Positions 1 to 10,541 of a DNA stretch of 64,000 bases are shown piece after piece (the stretch's first letter is position 1; each line of letters begins with the position of its first letter). Both the position numbers and the translations under genes were made by a program. The notes under the pieces were generated by a model. That model ran no database searches. It worked only from the letters and a program-made list of their open reading frames with translations, and was not told the origin of the DNA. Source of the stretch: a virus. Its lineage: Duplodnaviria; Caudoviricetes. The DNA lies in IMG/VR virus record IMGVR_UViG_2816332632_000001, positions 1 to 64,000 of that record; one strand, written 5' to 3'.

Positions 1-567
1 ATGAACTCCATCCGCCCCGCCACCGGCCACACCTCCCTCGATACGCGCGCTCCGTCACCGGTGCCCGTACTGCTGTGTGGCGACCCGCTCGACTGCCTCG
101 GGCAACTCGTCGTGCACGACTCAGAGGCACGGGACGCGCTGGAGCGTCATCGAGCCCGCGCGATCGTCATCGGCATCCACATTCCTGATACAGACCACTC
201 CCGCAAGGCGGTGAAGTATCGACTGCGGAACGCGCGCGACACCGTCAACACCCACCTGCGCAGGTACCCCCTCGTCCGCCACATCATCTACATCGTCCAC
301 CCCGACTCCGGTCAGGGCGCACCTGATACAGCGGTTAGGCTCCTGTCCGCGACCGTGGGCGCGCACCATGCCGAAATCGAAATGCGCCACGGCCGAGATA
401 TCTGCATCACCGGGATCGTGACCTCCGTCCACACCAGCCCGGAAGCCCTCACGGAACGCGTGACCGACAGAATCAGGACCACCCCGATCGAGGGGTCCTA
501 CGCAACCACATGGGAGGAGATCGCCGACAGGCCACTCGCCGCCGCAGCGGCAGAAGCGCTCCTCTAA
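1..567 (+). CDS. Hypothetical protein (may begin at or before the window edge)
   Basis: 188-aa ORF, no recognisable motif. Confidence 0.5.
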   Translation: MNSIRPATGHTSLDTRAPSPVPVLLCGDPLDCLGQLVVHDSEARDALERHRARAIVIGIHIPDTDHSRKAVKYRLRNARDTVNTHLRRYPLVRHIIYIVHPDSGQGAPDTAVRLLSATVGAHHAEIEMRHGRDICITGIVTSVHTSPEALTERVTDRIRTTPIEGSYATTWEEIADRPLAAAAAEALL

Positions 568-639
568 TCGCTCACCCGAACCGAAACCCGCTTCGTCTCA
601 ATGCAGATGGGACAGTGGTTCATCCCTGGGGTGAAAAGT

Positions 640-1239
640 TCATCGCTGCGATTTGCTCGGCTGATCGCCAGCAGCCAGGGCATACGTTTCCTCGTACACC
701 GCCATCCACACTCGCTCATAGACCGATCGAGGAATCCGCCCGTGACGAAGATCATCCGTTGCCTGCTGCATCAGCAACGACAACTCCATGATCATCTCCT
801 CACGTTCGTCATCATCCCGGCTAGGCCGCAGAACAGAACGGCTCGACCATGCTGTGGCTACACGACCGCGAAGGGGGCGGGCACTCCACCACAAGAACAC
901 CCCGATCGAAGTACCGACGATCGCGAACCCGAGCGCAGCCCCCTCGGGCGACAGTCCCGCCGCAACACACAGCAACCAACCCACCACCCCAGCGCCCAGC
1001 CCTACCGGAGCGAATGCGCCCGATAGCCACGCCCGGAACCGTTCATGGTCAGAAGACACAGGCGAGTACACGACCAAGCGGGAGGTTCCCACCCCATGAC
1101 GCGAGACAAAATGAGAAACGTGGCCCCAGCGCACAGGACGGGGCAGCTTGGATCCGCCACCCAACGTCGAGTCGCTGGCGCCAGAACGAACAAGGGGCAT
1201 GATCCGATAATCGCGAGATCGGCGCAGCTCCGGGAGCAC
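640..1239 (-). CDS. Small membrane protein; true start probably downstream of the called start
   Basis: Two hydrophobic segments (WLSGAFAPVGLGAGVVGWLLCV, ALGFAIVGTSIGVFLWW) and a helical C-terminus. Confidence 0.5.
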   Translation of the reverse strand: MLPELRRSRDYRIMPLVRSGASDSTLGGGSKLPRPVRWGHVSHFVSRHGVGTSRLVVYSPVSSDHERFRAWLSGAFAPVGLGAGVVGWLLCVAAGLSPEGAALGFAIVGTSIGVFLWWSARPLRGRVATAWSSRSVLRPSRDDDEREEMIMELSLLMQQATDDLRHGRIPRSVYERVWMAVYEETYALAAGDQPSKSQR

Positions 1240-1455
1240 GCATAACGAGATCCATGCGACAGAGCCGCTGATTCGAGGTCTTTCCTGACGCGATCCTCAT
1301 GACCTCATGCGGTGCTGACCCTTCAGTGCAGAGCAATCGACGTCAATAGGCGGTGGTCGAAGGACCCACTTCCCAGACTGTATCGAGTGCGAGTGCGGTA
1401 TCGATGAGCGCCAGTCCGTCGAGGAGCTCGAACCGAGCCGACAGGTTGGCGTTAC

Positions 1456-2568
1456 CTAAGGTCGGTTATGGTGCGCAAGAAGGCATGCGTGGAGAGCGGT
1501 CGTCGCCTGCCGTGGAAGCACTCCATTCCCCAGCGCTGTGAGCTGCTGGTTCAATGTAAGGCCGTGCCTTTCATCGGTGACCCAGCCCGTCGGGAGACCC
1601 ATAAGCCATTCCACGAACGCCGGTGCCGGACGCGGTCCAGAAGCATCGCTAAGGAGTGCGGGGGCTGGCGCTGGACGGCCCACAATCTGCTCCCATCGGA
1701 TCACTGCTTCGGCGTATCGTCCCCATCGTTGAAGAGCTGCCCGATTATCGTCCACAGGGTGTCCGGCTCCTCTGGTTGCGGGTACCCGTTCGGTCCGTGG
1801 AGGGCGAGGTCGATGATCTGATGACTCAGCGCGATCGTGCCCCGGCGTGCCTTGACCTGTTCCAAGCTCTCCCCTCCACGGGAGGCATCGGAAGCGAGTG
1901 GGGTGCGGAAGAGCGCGGCGGGCGAGGATGAAGACACGGAATCTTGGATGAGGTGCACCAATGAGGGATGCGGGTAGACCAATCCATTGCGCGTCATACC
2001 GGAGGTCGGCCAGGTCTCCGAGAACTGCTCCTGCTGCCCGAAGAGGTCGAGTTCCGGTTTCTCCCAGATGCCACGGGTCGGGTTCCATATCGCGAGGGGT
2101 TGCATCGGTGGTGGATGCATGTTCGGGGTTGCGTTGCTCATTGTCGTCTCCTTCGAGGTTCGTGCGGATTGCGGGTGCAGACAGTAGCCCGCGGACGTTC
2201 TCGATCACGACCCACTCGGGTTGCAGCACGTCGATCGCAGCAGCCATGTGCGCCCAAAGCCCGGAGCGGGTGCCGGGTTTCAGGCCGGCCATCTTCCCGA
2301 CGGTGGACACGTCCTGACAGGGGAACCCGCCACAGAGGATGTCCACCGGTGGCACGGCGTCCCAGTCGATGGTGGTAATGTCGCCGAGGTTCGGGGCATC
2401 GGGCCAGTGGTGGGAGAAGACGCGCGCGACGGGTTCGTTGATCTCGGAGAACCAGACCGTTCGAGCGTCGAAGACTTCCTCGACGGCGAGGTCGAGTCCG
2501 CCGTAGCCGGAGAACAGCGACCCGGCCCGCAGCGGCGTGGCCGGGTCGCTGAGGGTCTGGTCTGCCAC
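1456..2568 (-). CDS. C5 cytosine DNA methyltransferase
   Basis: Motif I SLFSGYGG, IV GGFPCQ, VI ENV, VIII HPRFRVF, IX/X FVEWLMGLP...ALGNGV. Confidence 0.93.
   Translation of the reverse strand: MADQTLSDPATPLRAGSLFSGYGGLDLAVEEVFDARTVWFSEINEPVARVFSHHWPDAPNLGDITTIDWDAVPPVDILCGGFPCQDVSTVGKMAGLKPGTRSGLWAHMAAAIDVLQPEWVVIENVRGLLSAPAIRTNLEGDDNEQRNPEHASTTDATPRDMEPDPWHLGETGTRPLRAAGAVLGDLADLRYDAQWIGLPASLIGAPHPRFRVFILARRALPHPTRFRCLPWRGELGTGQGTPGHDRAESSDHRPRPPRTERVPATRGAGHPVDDNRAALQRWGRYAEAVIRWEQIVGRPAPAPALLSDASGPRPAPAFVEWLMGLPTGWVTDERHGLTLNQQLTALGNGVLPRQATTALHACLLAHHNRP
1701..2141 (-). CDS. Nested alternative-frame ORF inside the MTase (putative second MTase polypeptide / TRD-like part)
   Basis: ATG preceded by GAAGGAG; contains FSETWPTSGMTRNG and LFRTPLASD, as seen in overlapping partners of phage/MGE C5-MTases. 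Confidence 0.6.
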   Translation of the reverse strand: MSNATPNMHPPPMQPLAIWNPTRGIWEKPELDLFGQQEQFSETWPTSGMTRNGLVYPHPSLVHLIQDSVSSSSPAALFRTPLASDASRGGESLEQVKARRGTIALSHQIIDLALHGPNGYPQPEEPDTLWTIIGQLFNDGDDTPKQ

Positions 2569-2849
2569 GGGTGAACCTCCTAGAACGGTGATCCCCGGAG
2601 TCGTGGTGCCACTCCGAGTTGGTCACCAGCCAGGTGCACGAGCCACCCCCACCCGCCGCCGCTCAGCCGACGCCTCCCACTCCGCACCGGCCGCTGTCGA
2701 CGCGCAGCGCTGCCGACCTCCGCGGTTCGCTCGAACGGGTTGTCACGCGTCTTGCAAGCGAGGCGCGCCACCGTCCAAAAGTGACCTCAGAAGTCACCGC
2801 GACAGTGGTTGGTGAGGCTCACCTTCGGGGCGAGGAGAGGCGGTGTGCG
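2569..2849. other. Probable oriT / divergent promoter region
   Basis: Intergenic space between divergent MTase and relaxase; nick site not identified. Confidence 0.3.
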
Positions 2850-5800
2850 GTGACGGTTTCGATGCGGGTGATGTCCGCCGGCGACGGCTACAAGTACCTC
2901 CTGCGCACGGTCGCCTCGGGCGACGGCGAGCGTGCCCTCTCGACCCCGCTGACGAGGTATTACACGAAAGAAGGCACACCACCAGGGCGGTGGATGGGGT
3001 CAGCGGTCACCGCGCTCGGCAGCGGAACCATCACTGTCGGTAATGAGGTTTCCGAGGAGCAGCTTCAACGTCTGATCGGCCAGGGCCGTGACCCCGTGAC
3101 AGGCGAAGCGCTCGGCAGCCCGTACCGGAAGTACCCGACCGTGGCCGAGCGAATCGAGCACCGCACTACCCGTCTCGACGCTGATCTTCCCGTGACCGAG
3201 CGCGCTGAGGCGGTCGCCGCAATCGAGTCAGAAGAAGCCGCGCGTGACTCGCGGAAGGCGGTTGCGGGGTTCGATTTCACGTTCTCGATTCCGAAGTCAG
3301 CTTCGGTGCTGTGGGCGGTTGCGGATGCGGGCACGCAATCGCTGATTGCGGACGCGCACCATGCGGCGGTTGCGGAGATGATTACGTTCATCGAGCGCGA
3401 GGTCGCTGCAACCCGTATCGGTGCAGCAGGACGCAATGGGGCGGTTGCGCAGGCTGATGTGTCCGGGGTGATCGCGACCGCGTTCGATCACTACGACTCC
3501 CGCGCAGGTGACCCGCACCTGCATACGCATGTGGTGATCTCGAACAAAGTGCAGACCGTGCACGACGGCAAATGGCGTTCCCTCGACGGCCGGCCCCTCC
3601 ACGCCGCCACCGTTGCGCTCTCAGAACTCCACGAAGCCGTGTTCGCTGACCACCTCACCCGCGCCTTCGGCGTCGAATGGGAAGCACGCGACATGGGGCG
3701 CGACCGCAACCCCGCCTGGGCGATCACGAATGTGCCGGAGAGGTTGGTGGCGGAGTTCTCATCCCGATCACGGCAGATTGATCAGGAGAAGAACCGCCTC
3801 ATCGCCGAGTACGTTGCCCGTCACGGCAGGCAACCGCCTCTGGCAACGGTCATCAAACTCCGCGCACAAGCGACGTTGGCGACCAGGCCCGAGAAGCAAG
3901 TGCGTTCGCTCGCTGACCTCACCGGTGAGTGGCGGGAACGGGCGTCGCACCTTCTCGGTGAAGACGCCACCCGCTGGGCCCGCACCGTCACCGCGAACGA
4001 TGCACCGCTACTGTTGCGCGCTGATGATGTGCCGCTGGATGTGATCGCCTCGTTGGGCCGGAGTGTGGTCGAGGCGGTCGGTGAGAAGCGGTCGACCTGG
4101 CGCCGATGGAACCTCACCGCCGAAGCTGCCCGCCAAACGATGCCCTACCGGTTCGCCACCACGCAGGATCGTGAAGCTGTCGTGGGAATGGTCGTCGATG
4201 CCGCAGAGCGCGCCTCACTTCGGCTGACCCCGCCCGAGCTCGCGTCAAGCCCGGCCGTGTTCCACCGGGCGGATGACAGCAGCAGGTTCCGGCCAATCGC
4301 GTCAACGGTGTACTCGTCACCGGACATCCTCGCGGCCGAAGATCGACTCCTCGAGCGCGCCCGCACCATGACCGCACCCACGGTGCCAGTCGAAGTAGTC
4401 GAGAAGGTTACCCGCCGCCCAGATCGCGAAGGCAGGCTCCTCGCCGACGACCAAGCCGCAGCACTCACCGCTGTTGCGATCTCAGGCCGCGCAGTCGATG
4501 TGTTGGTCGGCCCCGCAGGGGCGGGAAAGACGACAGCGATGCGGGCGCTGCGTAGCGCGTGGGAGCGGGAACATGGGCGTGGCAGCGTCGTCGGCCTCGC
4601 ACCGTCCGCGGTCGCAGCGCAAGTCCTCGCCGATGATCTCGGTATCCGAACGGAAAATACGGCGAAGTGGTGGCAAGACCACCAGAAGACGGGTACATCG
4701 TTCCGTAATGGGCAGCTCGTCATCGTGGACGAAGCTTCCCTCGCAGGCACGCTCTCCCTGGACCGCATCACGGAACATGCATCAGGGGCCGGGGCGAAGG
4801 TGCTGCTTGTGGGTGATTGGGCGCAACTGCAATCCGTCACCGCCGGCGGTGCGTTCTCGCTCCTCGTTCACGACCGTGCCGATGCCCCGGAGCTGGTCGA
4901 CGTTCACCGGTTCGTCAACGCATGGGAGAAGACGGCCTCTCTTGATCTCCGCCACGGGCGCCCCGAGGCCATCGACGCTTACGCCGAACATGACCGCTTC
5001 ACCGGCGGCGACACCGAGGCGATGATCGACGCCGCCTACACCGCATGGCGCAACGACACCCTCAACGGTGTTTCGACGGTGTTGATCGCTGACTCGAACG
5101 AATCCGTGAATGCGCTGAACCAGCGTGCCCGCGCCGATCTCATCCTCGATGGCACCGTGGACGCTCGCCGCGAAGTCGCCCTCCAAGGCGTTGCCCGTGC
5201 CGGGGTCGGTGACACAATCATCACTCGCAAGAACGACCGCCGCCTTCGCACCCCGCGAGGGTGGGTGCGCAACGGCGATCGCTGGATGGTCACCGACGTT
5301 CGGGACGATGGATCACTCACCGCACGCCGCGCGAACAGCCGCGGCACCGTGACCCTCCCAGCCGACTACGTCTCCGATCACGTTGACCTGGGTTACGCAG
5401 TTACGGCGCATAGGGCGCAAGGAATCACGACTGACACCGCATACGTCCTCGCCGACCCCACCACGATGCGCGAGAACCTGTATGTCGCGATGACCCGCGG
5501 CCGGCACGCGAACCTTGTCTACGTCGCTACCGACCGCCCCGACGATAACCACAGCACCCGGCACCCTTCGGATGACCCGGATGCGACCGCTCGGAGCGTG
5601 CTCTACGGAGTGCTGCAACACGTCGGTGCGGAACTCTCCGCGCACGAAACGCTCACCGCCGAACAAGAAGCGTGGGGTTCGATCGCGCAGCTCGCGGCCG
5701 AGTACGAAACGATCGCGCAAGCCGCCCAACACGACCGCTTCGCCACCCTCATCCGTCAATCCGGCCTCACCCCGGATGAAGCAGAAGACACGATCCACTC

Positions 5801-6398
5801 CGACGCGTTCGGGGCACTCACCGCCGAACTCCGCAGAGCCGAAGCGAACCACCACAACATCGACGCCCTCATCCCGCGGCTCGTCGCAGCACGCGGCTTT
5901 GGCGACGCCGACGACATCGCCTCCGTCATCCACCACCGTCTTACCCGAGCCACCGCCAGACCCGCAGGTTCCGGGCGCACCCGCAAGGCGCCCCGCCTGA
6001 TCGCCGGCCTCATCCCCGAAGCCGCAGGACCCGTGAGCGCCGAGATGCGGAAAGCCCTCACCGAACGCCGCGAGCTGATCGAACAGCGCGCCGTGGCCGT
6101 CCTTGACCAGGCTCTCATCGAACGCCACGAATGGGCGCTCGCACTCGGAAATATGCCACCGGAGACGAGGGCCGCGGCATCGTGGAAACAGCAGGCGAGA
6201 ACCGTGGCCGCGTACCGAGACCGCTACGGCATCAACACGCGCACGCCGCTCGGCCCGGCACCCGACAGCGACGCGCAGAAGATCGACGTTGCGCGAGCGA
6301 AAGCTGCTCTCGCAAGGCTCCGCGATCTCGCTGCCACCGAACGACACGACGAGCCGTCGCGGACCGCGCGACGCGAGGGCACGAGCCGGGGCCTGTGA
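2850..6398 (+). CDS. MobF (TrwC-type) relaxase-helicase
   Basis: GYKYL...TRYY, FDFTFSIPKSAS, HYDSRAGDPHLHTH, Walker A GPAGAGKT, DEAS, YAVTAHRAQG; GTG at 2850 after GAGGAGAGG. Confidence 0.95.
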   Translation: MTVSMRVMSAGDGYKYLLRTVASGDGERALSTPLTRYYTKEGTPPGRWMGSAVTALGSGTITVGNEVSEEQLQRLIGQGRDPVTGEALGSPYRKYPTVAERIEHRTTRLDADLPVTERAEAVAAIESEEAARDSRKAVAGFDFTFSIPKSASVLWAVADAGTQSLIADAHHAAVAEMITFIEREVAATRIGAAGRNGAVAQADVSGVIATAFDHYDSRAGDPHLHTHVVISNKVQTVHDGKWRSLDGRPLHAATVALSELHEAVFADHLTRAFGVEWEARDMGRDRNPAWAITNVPERLVAEFSSRSRQIDQEKNRLIAEYVARHGRQPPLATVIKLRAQATLATRPEKQVRSLADLTGEWRERASHLLGEDATRWARTVTANDAPLLLRADDVPLDVIASLGRSVVEAVGEKRSTWRRWNLTAEAARQTMPYRFATTQDREAVVGMVVDAAERASLRLTPPELASSPAVFHRADDSSRFRPIASTVYSSPDILAAEDRLLERARTMTAPTVPVEVVEKVTRRPDREGRLLADDQAAALTAVAISGRAVDVLVGPAGAGKTTAMRALRSAWEREHGRGSVVGLAPSAVAAQVLADDLGIRTENTAKWWQDHQKTGTSFRNGQLVIVDEASLAGTLSLDRITEHASGAGAKVLLVGDWAQLQSVTAGGAFSLLVHDRADAPELVDVHRFVNAWEKTASLDLRHGRPEAIDAYAEHDRFTGGDTEAMIDAAYTAWRNDTLNGVSTVLIADSNESVNALNQRARADLILDGTVDARREVALQGVARAGVGDTIITRKNDRRLRTPRGWVRNGDRWMVTDVRDDGSLTARRANSRGTVTLPADYVSDHVDLGYAVTAHRAQGITTDTAYVLADPTTMRENLYVAMTRGRHANLVYVATDRPDDNHSTRHPSDDPDATARSVLYGVLQHVGAELSAHETLTAEQEAWGSIAQLAAEYETIAQAAQHDRFATLIRQSGLTPDEAEDTIHSDAFGALTAELRRAEANHHNIDALIPRLVAARGFGDADDIASVIHHRLTRATARPAGSGRTRKAPRLIAGLIPEAAGPVSAEMRKALTERRELIEQRAVAVLDQALIERHEWALALGNMPPETRAAASWKQQARTVAAYRDRYGINTRTPLGPAPDSDAQKIDVARAKAALARLRDLAATERHDEPSRTARREGTSRGL

Positions 6399-6550
6399 CC
6401 TCTTGCCCTTCCGAATGTCACCGGTGCGTCATATCTTGGTAGGTGAGGCGGATTTCTCCTTGATATGACGCTCCTCGGGGCAGGCCGCAAGGCCACTCAC
6501 ACACGCACCGCCTCTGACACTTCGTCGTGCATGTGAGAGGAAACCCCGTC

Positions 6551-6907
6551 ATGATCCGCCAGCTCTGGACCCTCAGCGTCCACACCCGCGCATTCCTGCG
6601 CCGCTACATGCCCACCAACGTCCTCCTCGACGCCATCCGCACCCGCCGAGGACTCAAATGGGGCGTACCCGCGATGCTCCTCGCCGTGCCCTACCTCCTG
6701 GCCGCGAGCACCCTCACCACCCTCATCGCAGACGGCGGACCCGGATGGCTCAACCTCCTCGTCCTTCTCTGCCTGTGGAACACGATGAAGTTCATCATCA
6801 TGGGACCTGTCAGCCTGATCCTTCTCGCCATCGTTCGCGCTCGGGAGGCCGTGCCCGCTCGCACGCATCGTCGAACGGCCACCGACTCTGGGACGCAAGT
6901 AGCCTGA
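6551..6907 (+). CDS. Small membrane protein downstream of the relaxase
   Basis: Hydrophobic helices; ATG at 6551 after GAGGA. Confidence 0.65.
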   Translation: MIRQLWTLSVHTRAFLRRYMPTNVLLDAIRTRRGLKWGVPAMLLAVPYLLAASTLTTLIADGGPGWLNLLVLLCLWNTMKFIIMGPVSLILLAIVRAREAVPARTHRRTATDSGTQVA

Positions 6908-7066
6908 TCGACCGCCGCAGTACCGTGACACAGTAGTGCTCCCTCGTCTGATTCGGGAGCGCAAGAGCATCGACCCTTCCGCGACCCACGGGCGCTCGAT
7001 CCCGAGGGAACCTTCGTCGCCTCATAGAATTGGAGCAAGACGACAACGGAACAAGGAGGTGCCCGC

Positions 7067-8179
7067 GTGTCCATGGCGACTCAACCAAACCCAAGCGGCG
7101 GCGCACCCGAGCTAATTGACTTTCCGAGCCCCGTCGCGGTGAGTTCCCCGGCGCCAGCAGTCCCCGGATCGCCTGTGCCGCCTGCTCACCGTATCTTTTT
7201 CTATTCGCCCGATGAGTGGGAAGTTTTCATCACCGAGTGGGCGACCGGGGTCGCGAATTCGTATCGACAGATCAAGCAACTTGGCGGCTCCGGAGACCGT
7301 GGCGTTGACGTGGCCGCGTTCAAAACTGAGCGAGGCCTCGAAGATGCATGGGACTGCTTCCAGGCCAAGCATTACGACGGATCGCTAGCTTTGTCGGATG
7401 CGTTCCCTGAGATGTTGAAGATCTTCCACGGCGTCGTGGACGCCTACTACTGTCTTCCGGATCGATACGTGTTCGTCGCACCGCGGGGATGCGGCCCCAC
7501 GCTCAATCGTCTGCTGAGCAAACCAACGGAGCTTCGAAAGAAGTTCCTCGAATTGCTCGATGCCGGAGGCCCTGCAACGCGCCTGTACGACGAACAAGCA
7601 TTGCAATCCATCCGTCAACTCGCCGAGATCACGGACTTCTCTGTTTTCCAGTCGCTTGAGCTCAACGAGATGCTCGATGTCCACCGCACGACTCCGTACT
7701 ACGCAGCCAGGTTCGGGACATCCTTACCAGCACGGCCACCCGTCGGACAGACTCCGACCGCCCCCGCACCAAGCGAAGCGATCTATGTCAAGAAGCTCGT
7801 GGACGCCTACCAGGAGCAAGACCCCGCTACCTGCGCCGATCTTGAATCGGCCTCCGAACACACCAAACATGGCCCGCACCTTCAGAGGCAACGCGAGGCC
7901 TTCTATTCCGCTGAAGCGCTCCGGCTCTACGCGAGGGACTCGGTGCCTGACGGCACGTACGAGCTCCTACAAGACGACGTGTATACCGGAGTAGTCGATA
8001 CGGCAGAGGCGACTCATCCCAGTGGCCTCGACAGACTCCGAGCAGTTCTCGCACAGTCCGGCCAACTCGACTTGGGTGCCCACACGCTCATCTCCATGTC
8101 GAACCTCAAAGATCGCCAAGGCATCTGCCACCAACTTGCCAACGCGGACAAACTGACATGGGTGGCCACTGATGAGTAA
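7067..8179 (+). CDS. Lamassu/ABC-3C effector: Mrr-like PD-(D/E)xK nuclease plus C-terminal domain (LmuA-like)
   Basis: YSPDEWE...GGSGDRGVD...FQAKHY nuclease motif; C-terminal DRQGICHQLAN...LTWV. Confidence 0.82.
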   Translation: MSMATQPNPSGGAPELIDFPSPVAVSSPAPAVPGSPVPPAHRIFFYSPDEWEVFITEWATGVANSYRQIKQLGGSGDRGVDVAAFKTERGLEDAWDCFQAKHYDGSLALSDAFPEMLKIFHGVVDAYYCLPDRYVFVAPRGCGPTLNRLLSKPTELRKKFLELLDAGGPATRLYDEQALQSIRQLAEITDFSVFQSLELNEMLDVHRTTPYYAARFGTSLPARPPVGQTPTAPAPSEAIYVKKLVDAYQEQDPATCADLESASEHTKHGPHLQRQREAFYSAEALRLYARDSVPDGTYELLQDDVYTGVVDTAEATHPSGLDRLRAVLAQSGQLDLGAHTLISMSNLKDRQGICHQLANADKLTWVATDE

Positions 8180-8651
8180 TCCCCTCAACAGCCCCCTCGA
8201 AGTGGGCATGCGCGTCCTAATGATCTTGGTCGAAGCTTTCCCTGCACATCTGGATATCAACCGACTGGTGCTCCTCGATCACGGACTGCTGCACAGCGCG
8301 GACCTCGACGGACCCGAGAGCCTCCATCCGCCACTCCCGGTACGAGTCGGCGAACTGGGGGTAAAGCGACAGCACATTGAAGACGGTCTCCATGTCATGA
8401 TCCGGGCGGGACTTGCTGAGATGTCGGCTGAAGACAGCGGCATCGAGTTCTGGGCTAATGAGAGTTCCGAGAACTTCTTGAAGCTGCTCGAAAGTAACTA
8501 CGCGCACGCTCTTCACGATCGCGCGCATTGGGTTGTCGAAGAACTCGGCGCCGTTGACGATGCGCACCTGCGAGAGCGCATGAGAGAAATCTCCTCCCAT
8601 TGGTCCGAGGAGTTTGAGGTCATCCAGCAGGAGAGCAGGCCCGATATCTGA
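8172..8651 (+). CDS. ABC-3C middle component (LmuC-like)
   Basis: NSPLEVGMR...HSADLDGPESLHP...GEL; overlaps both neighbours. Confidence 0.8.
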   Translation: MSNPLNSPLEVGMRVLMILVEAFPAHLDINRLVLLDHGLLHSADLDGPESLHPPLPVRVGELGVKRQHIEDGLHVMIRAGLAEMSAEDSGIEFWANESSENFLKLLESNYAHALHDRAHWVVEELGAVDDAHLRERMREISSHWSEEFEVIQQESRPDI

Positions 8652-10525
8652 TGGGACGACTCACGCTTTCGCACCTGACATTCACTGGCACGAACACCTC
8701 CCCAGCATCGGTCGAGTTCAGTCCGCACGTCACCGTCATCCACGGCCCGTCGGACACGGGAAAGTCGTTCATTGTTGACGCGATCGACTTCGTCCTCGGC
8801 GCCAAGGAACTCAAAGAGATCCCCGAGCGTGAAGGCTACAGTCGCGTTCTGCTGGGTCTTGAGCTACCCACCGGTGAGCACGTCACATTCGCACGATCAG
8901 TAGACGGTGGCGGAATCTCCCTCTACCGAGCCGACATCCGCACCGAGCCCTCGACTCCGCCAGACGAAACGCTCTCTGCAAAGCACAGTGCGGCGAACAC
9001 CAAGAACATCTCTAGGTTCCTTCTCAACCAAGTCGGCCTGGACGAAAACCAGGTGAGGAAGAACGCTCGGAACGAGACTCACATGCTCAGTTTCCGCGAC
9101 CTGACTCGCCTCTGCCTCATCGGCGAGACGGAAATGCAGGCCGAAGAGGCACCCGGTCTCAGCGGTAACCCGGTGAACAAAACAAAAGAGGTCTCGGTTC
9201 TCAAGCTCCTCCTCTCAGGTGACGACGACTCCGCGCTGACCGCAGTTCCCTCGGCGCAAGAACAGAAGCGACTGCGCGGTGCTCGGCAGGAAGTTGTCGA
9301 GAGAATGCTCAATCAACTTGAGTCGCAACTCCAAGATGTTGAAGAGTCGGCAGAACTCAAGACGCAGCTCGGCAAGCTCAACCGCACAATTGACGAGCAC
9401 AGCACGAAGATCGGGAACCTCACAGAAGAGCGCGGTCAGCTACTCCGGCGGCACAACGAGCTTCAATCCGCCGACAGCGCTCAGCGATCGGAATACTCAG
9501 ATGCAGCGGCGCTGCGGCAGCGGTTCACGCTCCTGCAGAAACAGTACGAAAGCGACCTGGCGCGCCTTGAGATGATCGCGGAGGCCGGAAGTCTGCTCGG
9601 CTACTTCCGAAGCGGGACCTGCGTGTTCTGCGGTGCGGAACCGGCCAGTCAACATCTCAATCTGAACTGTGAGGGCGACACCACCAGCTTCGGCAACTCG
9701 GTGGACTCCGAGACTCTGAAAACCCAGGGTCTTCTGGATGATCTCCGCGTGACGATCGAGAACCTTGAAGCACGGACCACGGTGCTTCGTGCGTCGATCG
9801 GGACGAACCGTCAAGACGTCTTGGCCCTACAGAAGGACATCGAAAAGCTCGACGCGAAGATGAACCCAGAGAAGGGGAACCTCCGCGATCTTCTTGCCAA
9901 GCGCAGCGAGATCGAGAAGCACCTGAGCCTCTACGAGCAAGTCAAGACCTTCGAAGACATGATCCGCCGGATCGCTGACGAGACCGAAGCCGAGGTCGCG
10001 ACGGCGGTTGCGGGGTTGAGCCTCACCGCAGTGCGGGAGTTCTCAGGCGAGATTGCCAAGCGCCTCGCCGAGTGGGGGTACCCGTCCGCAGCTTCCGTTC
10101 GCTACGACCGAAACGAACTCGACATTATCGCTGGCGACCAACGGCGCTCAGCGCACGGCAAGGGAGTCCGTGCTGTTCTCCATGCCGCCTTCACGCTCGC
10201 CCTCGCCCAGTACTGCTTCGACCGTGAGCTACCTCACCCTGGATTCGTCGTACTCGACTCGCCTCTCGTCACCTACCGACCGCCGGATCAGTCCGCAGAG
10301 TCGGACGATGAGCCACCAGAGGGTGTCGTCCGAGCGTTCTACCGCGACATCCAGGACAACTTTGACGGTCAGGTAATCGTCATGGAGAACACCGATCCCC
10401 TGGAACCGCTTGGGGCGGACTCGCTCGATATCCGCTTCACGAAACGCGTGGACATAGGACGATACGGCTACATGCCCGCCGTGGCCGACGAACAGGCAGC
10501 CGACACCTTTGCGTTAGAAGGCTAA
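8651..10525 (+). CDS. SMC/Rad50-like ABC ATPase (LmuB-like)
   Basis: Walker A GPSDTGKS, coiled coils, hook CVFC, signature SAHGKG, Walker B VVLDSP. Confidence 0.88.
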   Translation: MGRLTLSHLTFTGTNTSPASVEFSPHVTVIHGPSDTGKSFIVDAIDFVLGAKELKEIPEREGYSRVLLGLELPTGEHVTFARSVDGGGISLYRADIRTEPSTPPDETLSAKHSAANTKNISRFLLNQVGLDENQVRKNARNETHMLSFRDLTRLCLIGETEMQAEEAPGLSGNPVNKTKEVSVLKLLLSGDDDSALTAVPSAQEQKRLRGARQEVVERMLNQLESQLQDVEESAELKTQLGKLNRTIDEHSTKIGNLTEERGQLLRRHNELQSADSAQRSEYSDAAALRQRFTLLQKQYESDLARLEMIAEAGSLLGYFRSGTCVFCGAEPASQHLNLNCEGDTTSFGNSVDSETLKTQGLLDDLRVTIENLEARTTVLRASIGTNRQDVLALQKDIEKLDAKMNPEKGNLRDLLAKRSEIEKHLSLYEQVKTFEDMIRRIADETEAEVATAVAGLSLTAVREFSGEIAKRLAEWGYPSAASVRYDRNELDIIAGDQRRSAHGKGVRAVLHAAFTLALAQYCFDRELPHPGFVVLDSPLVTYRPPDQSAESDDEPPEGVVRAFYRDIQDNFDGQVIVMENTDPLEPLGADSLDIRFTKRVDIGRYGYMPAVADEQAADTFALEG

Positions 10526-10541
10526 GTGAAATCGGCGAGGG

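Noticed and set aside
1456-8179. MTase plus nuclease as a type II restriction-modification pair
   Set aside because: They are separated by the relaxase, and the nuclease is coupled to the ABC three-component genes
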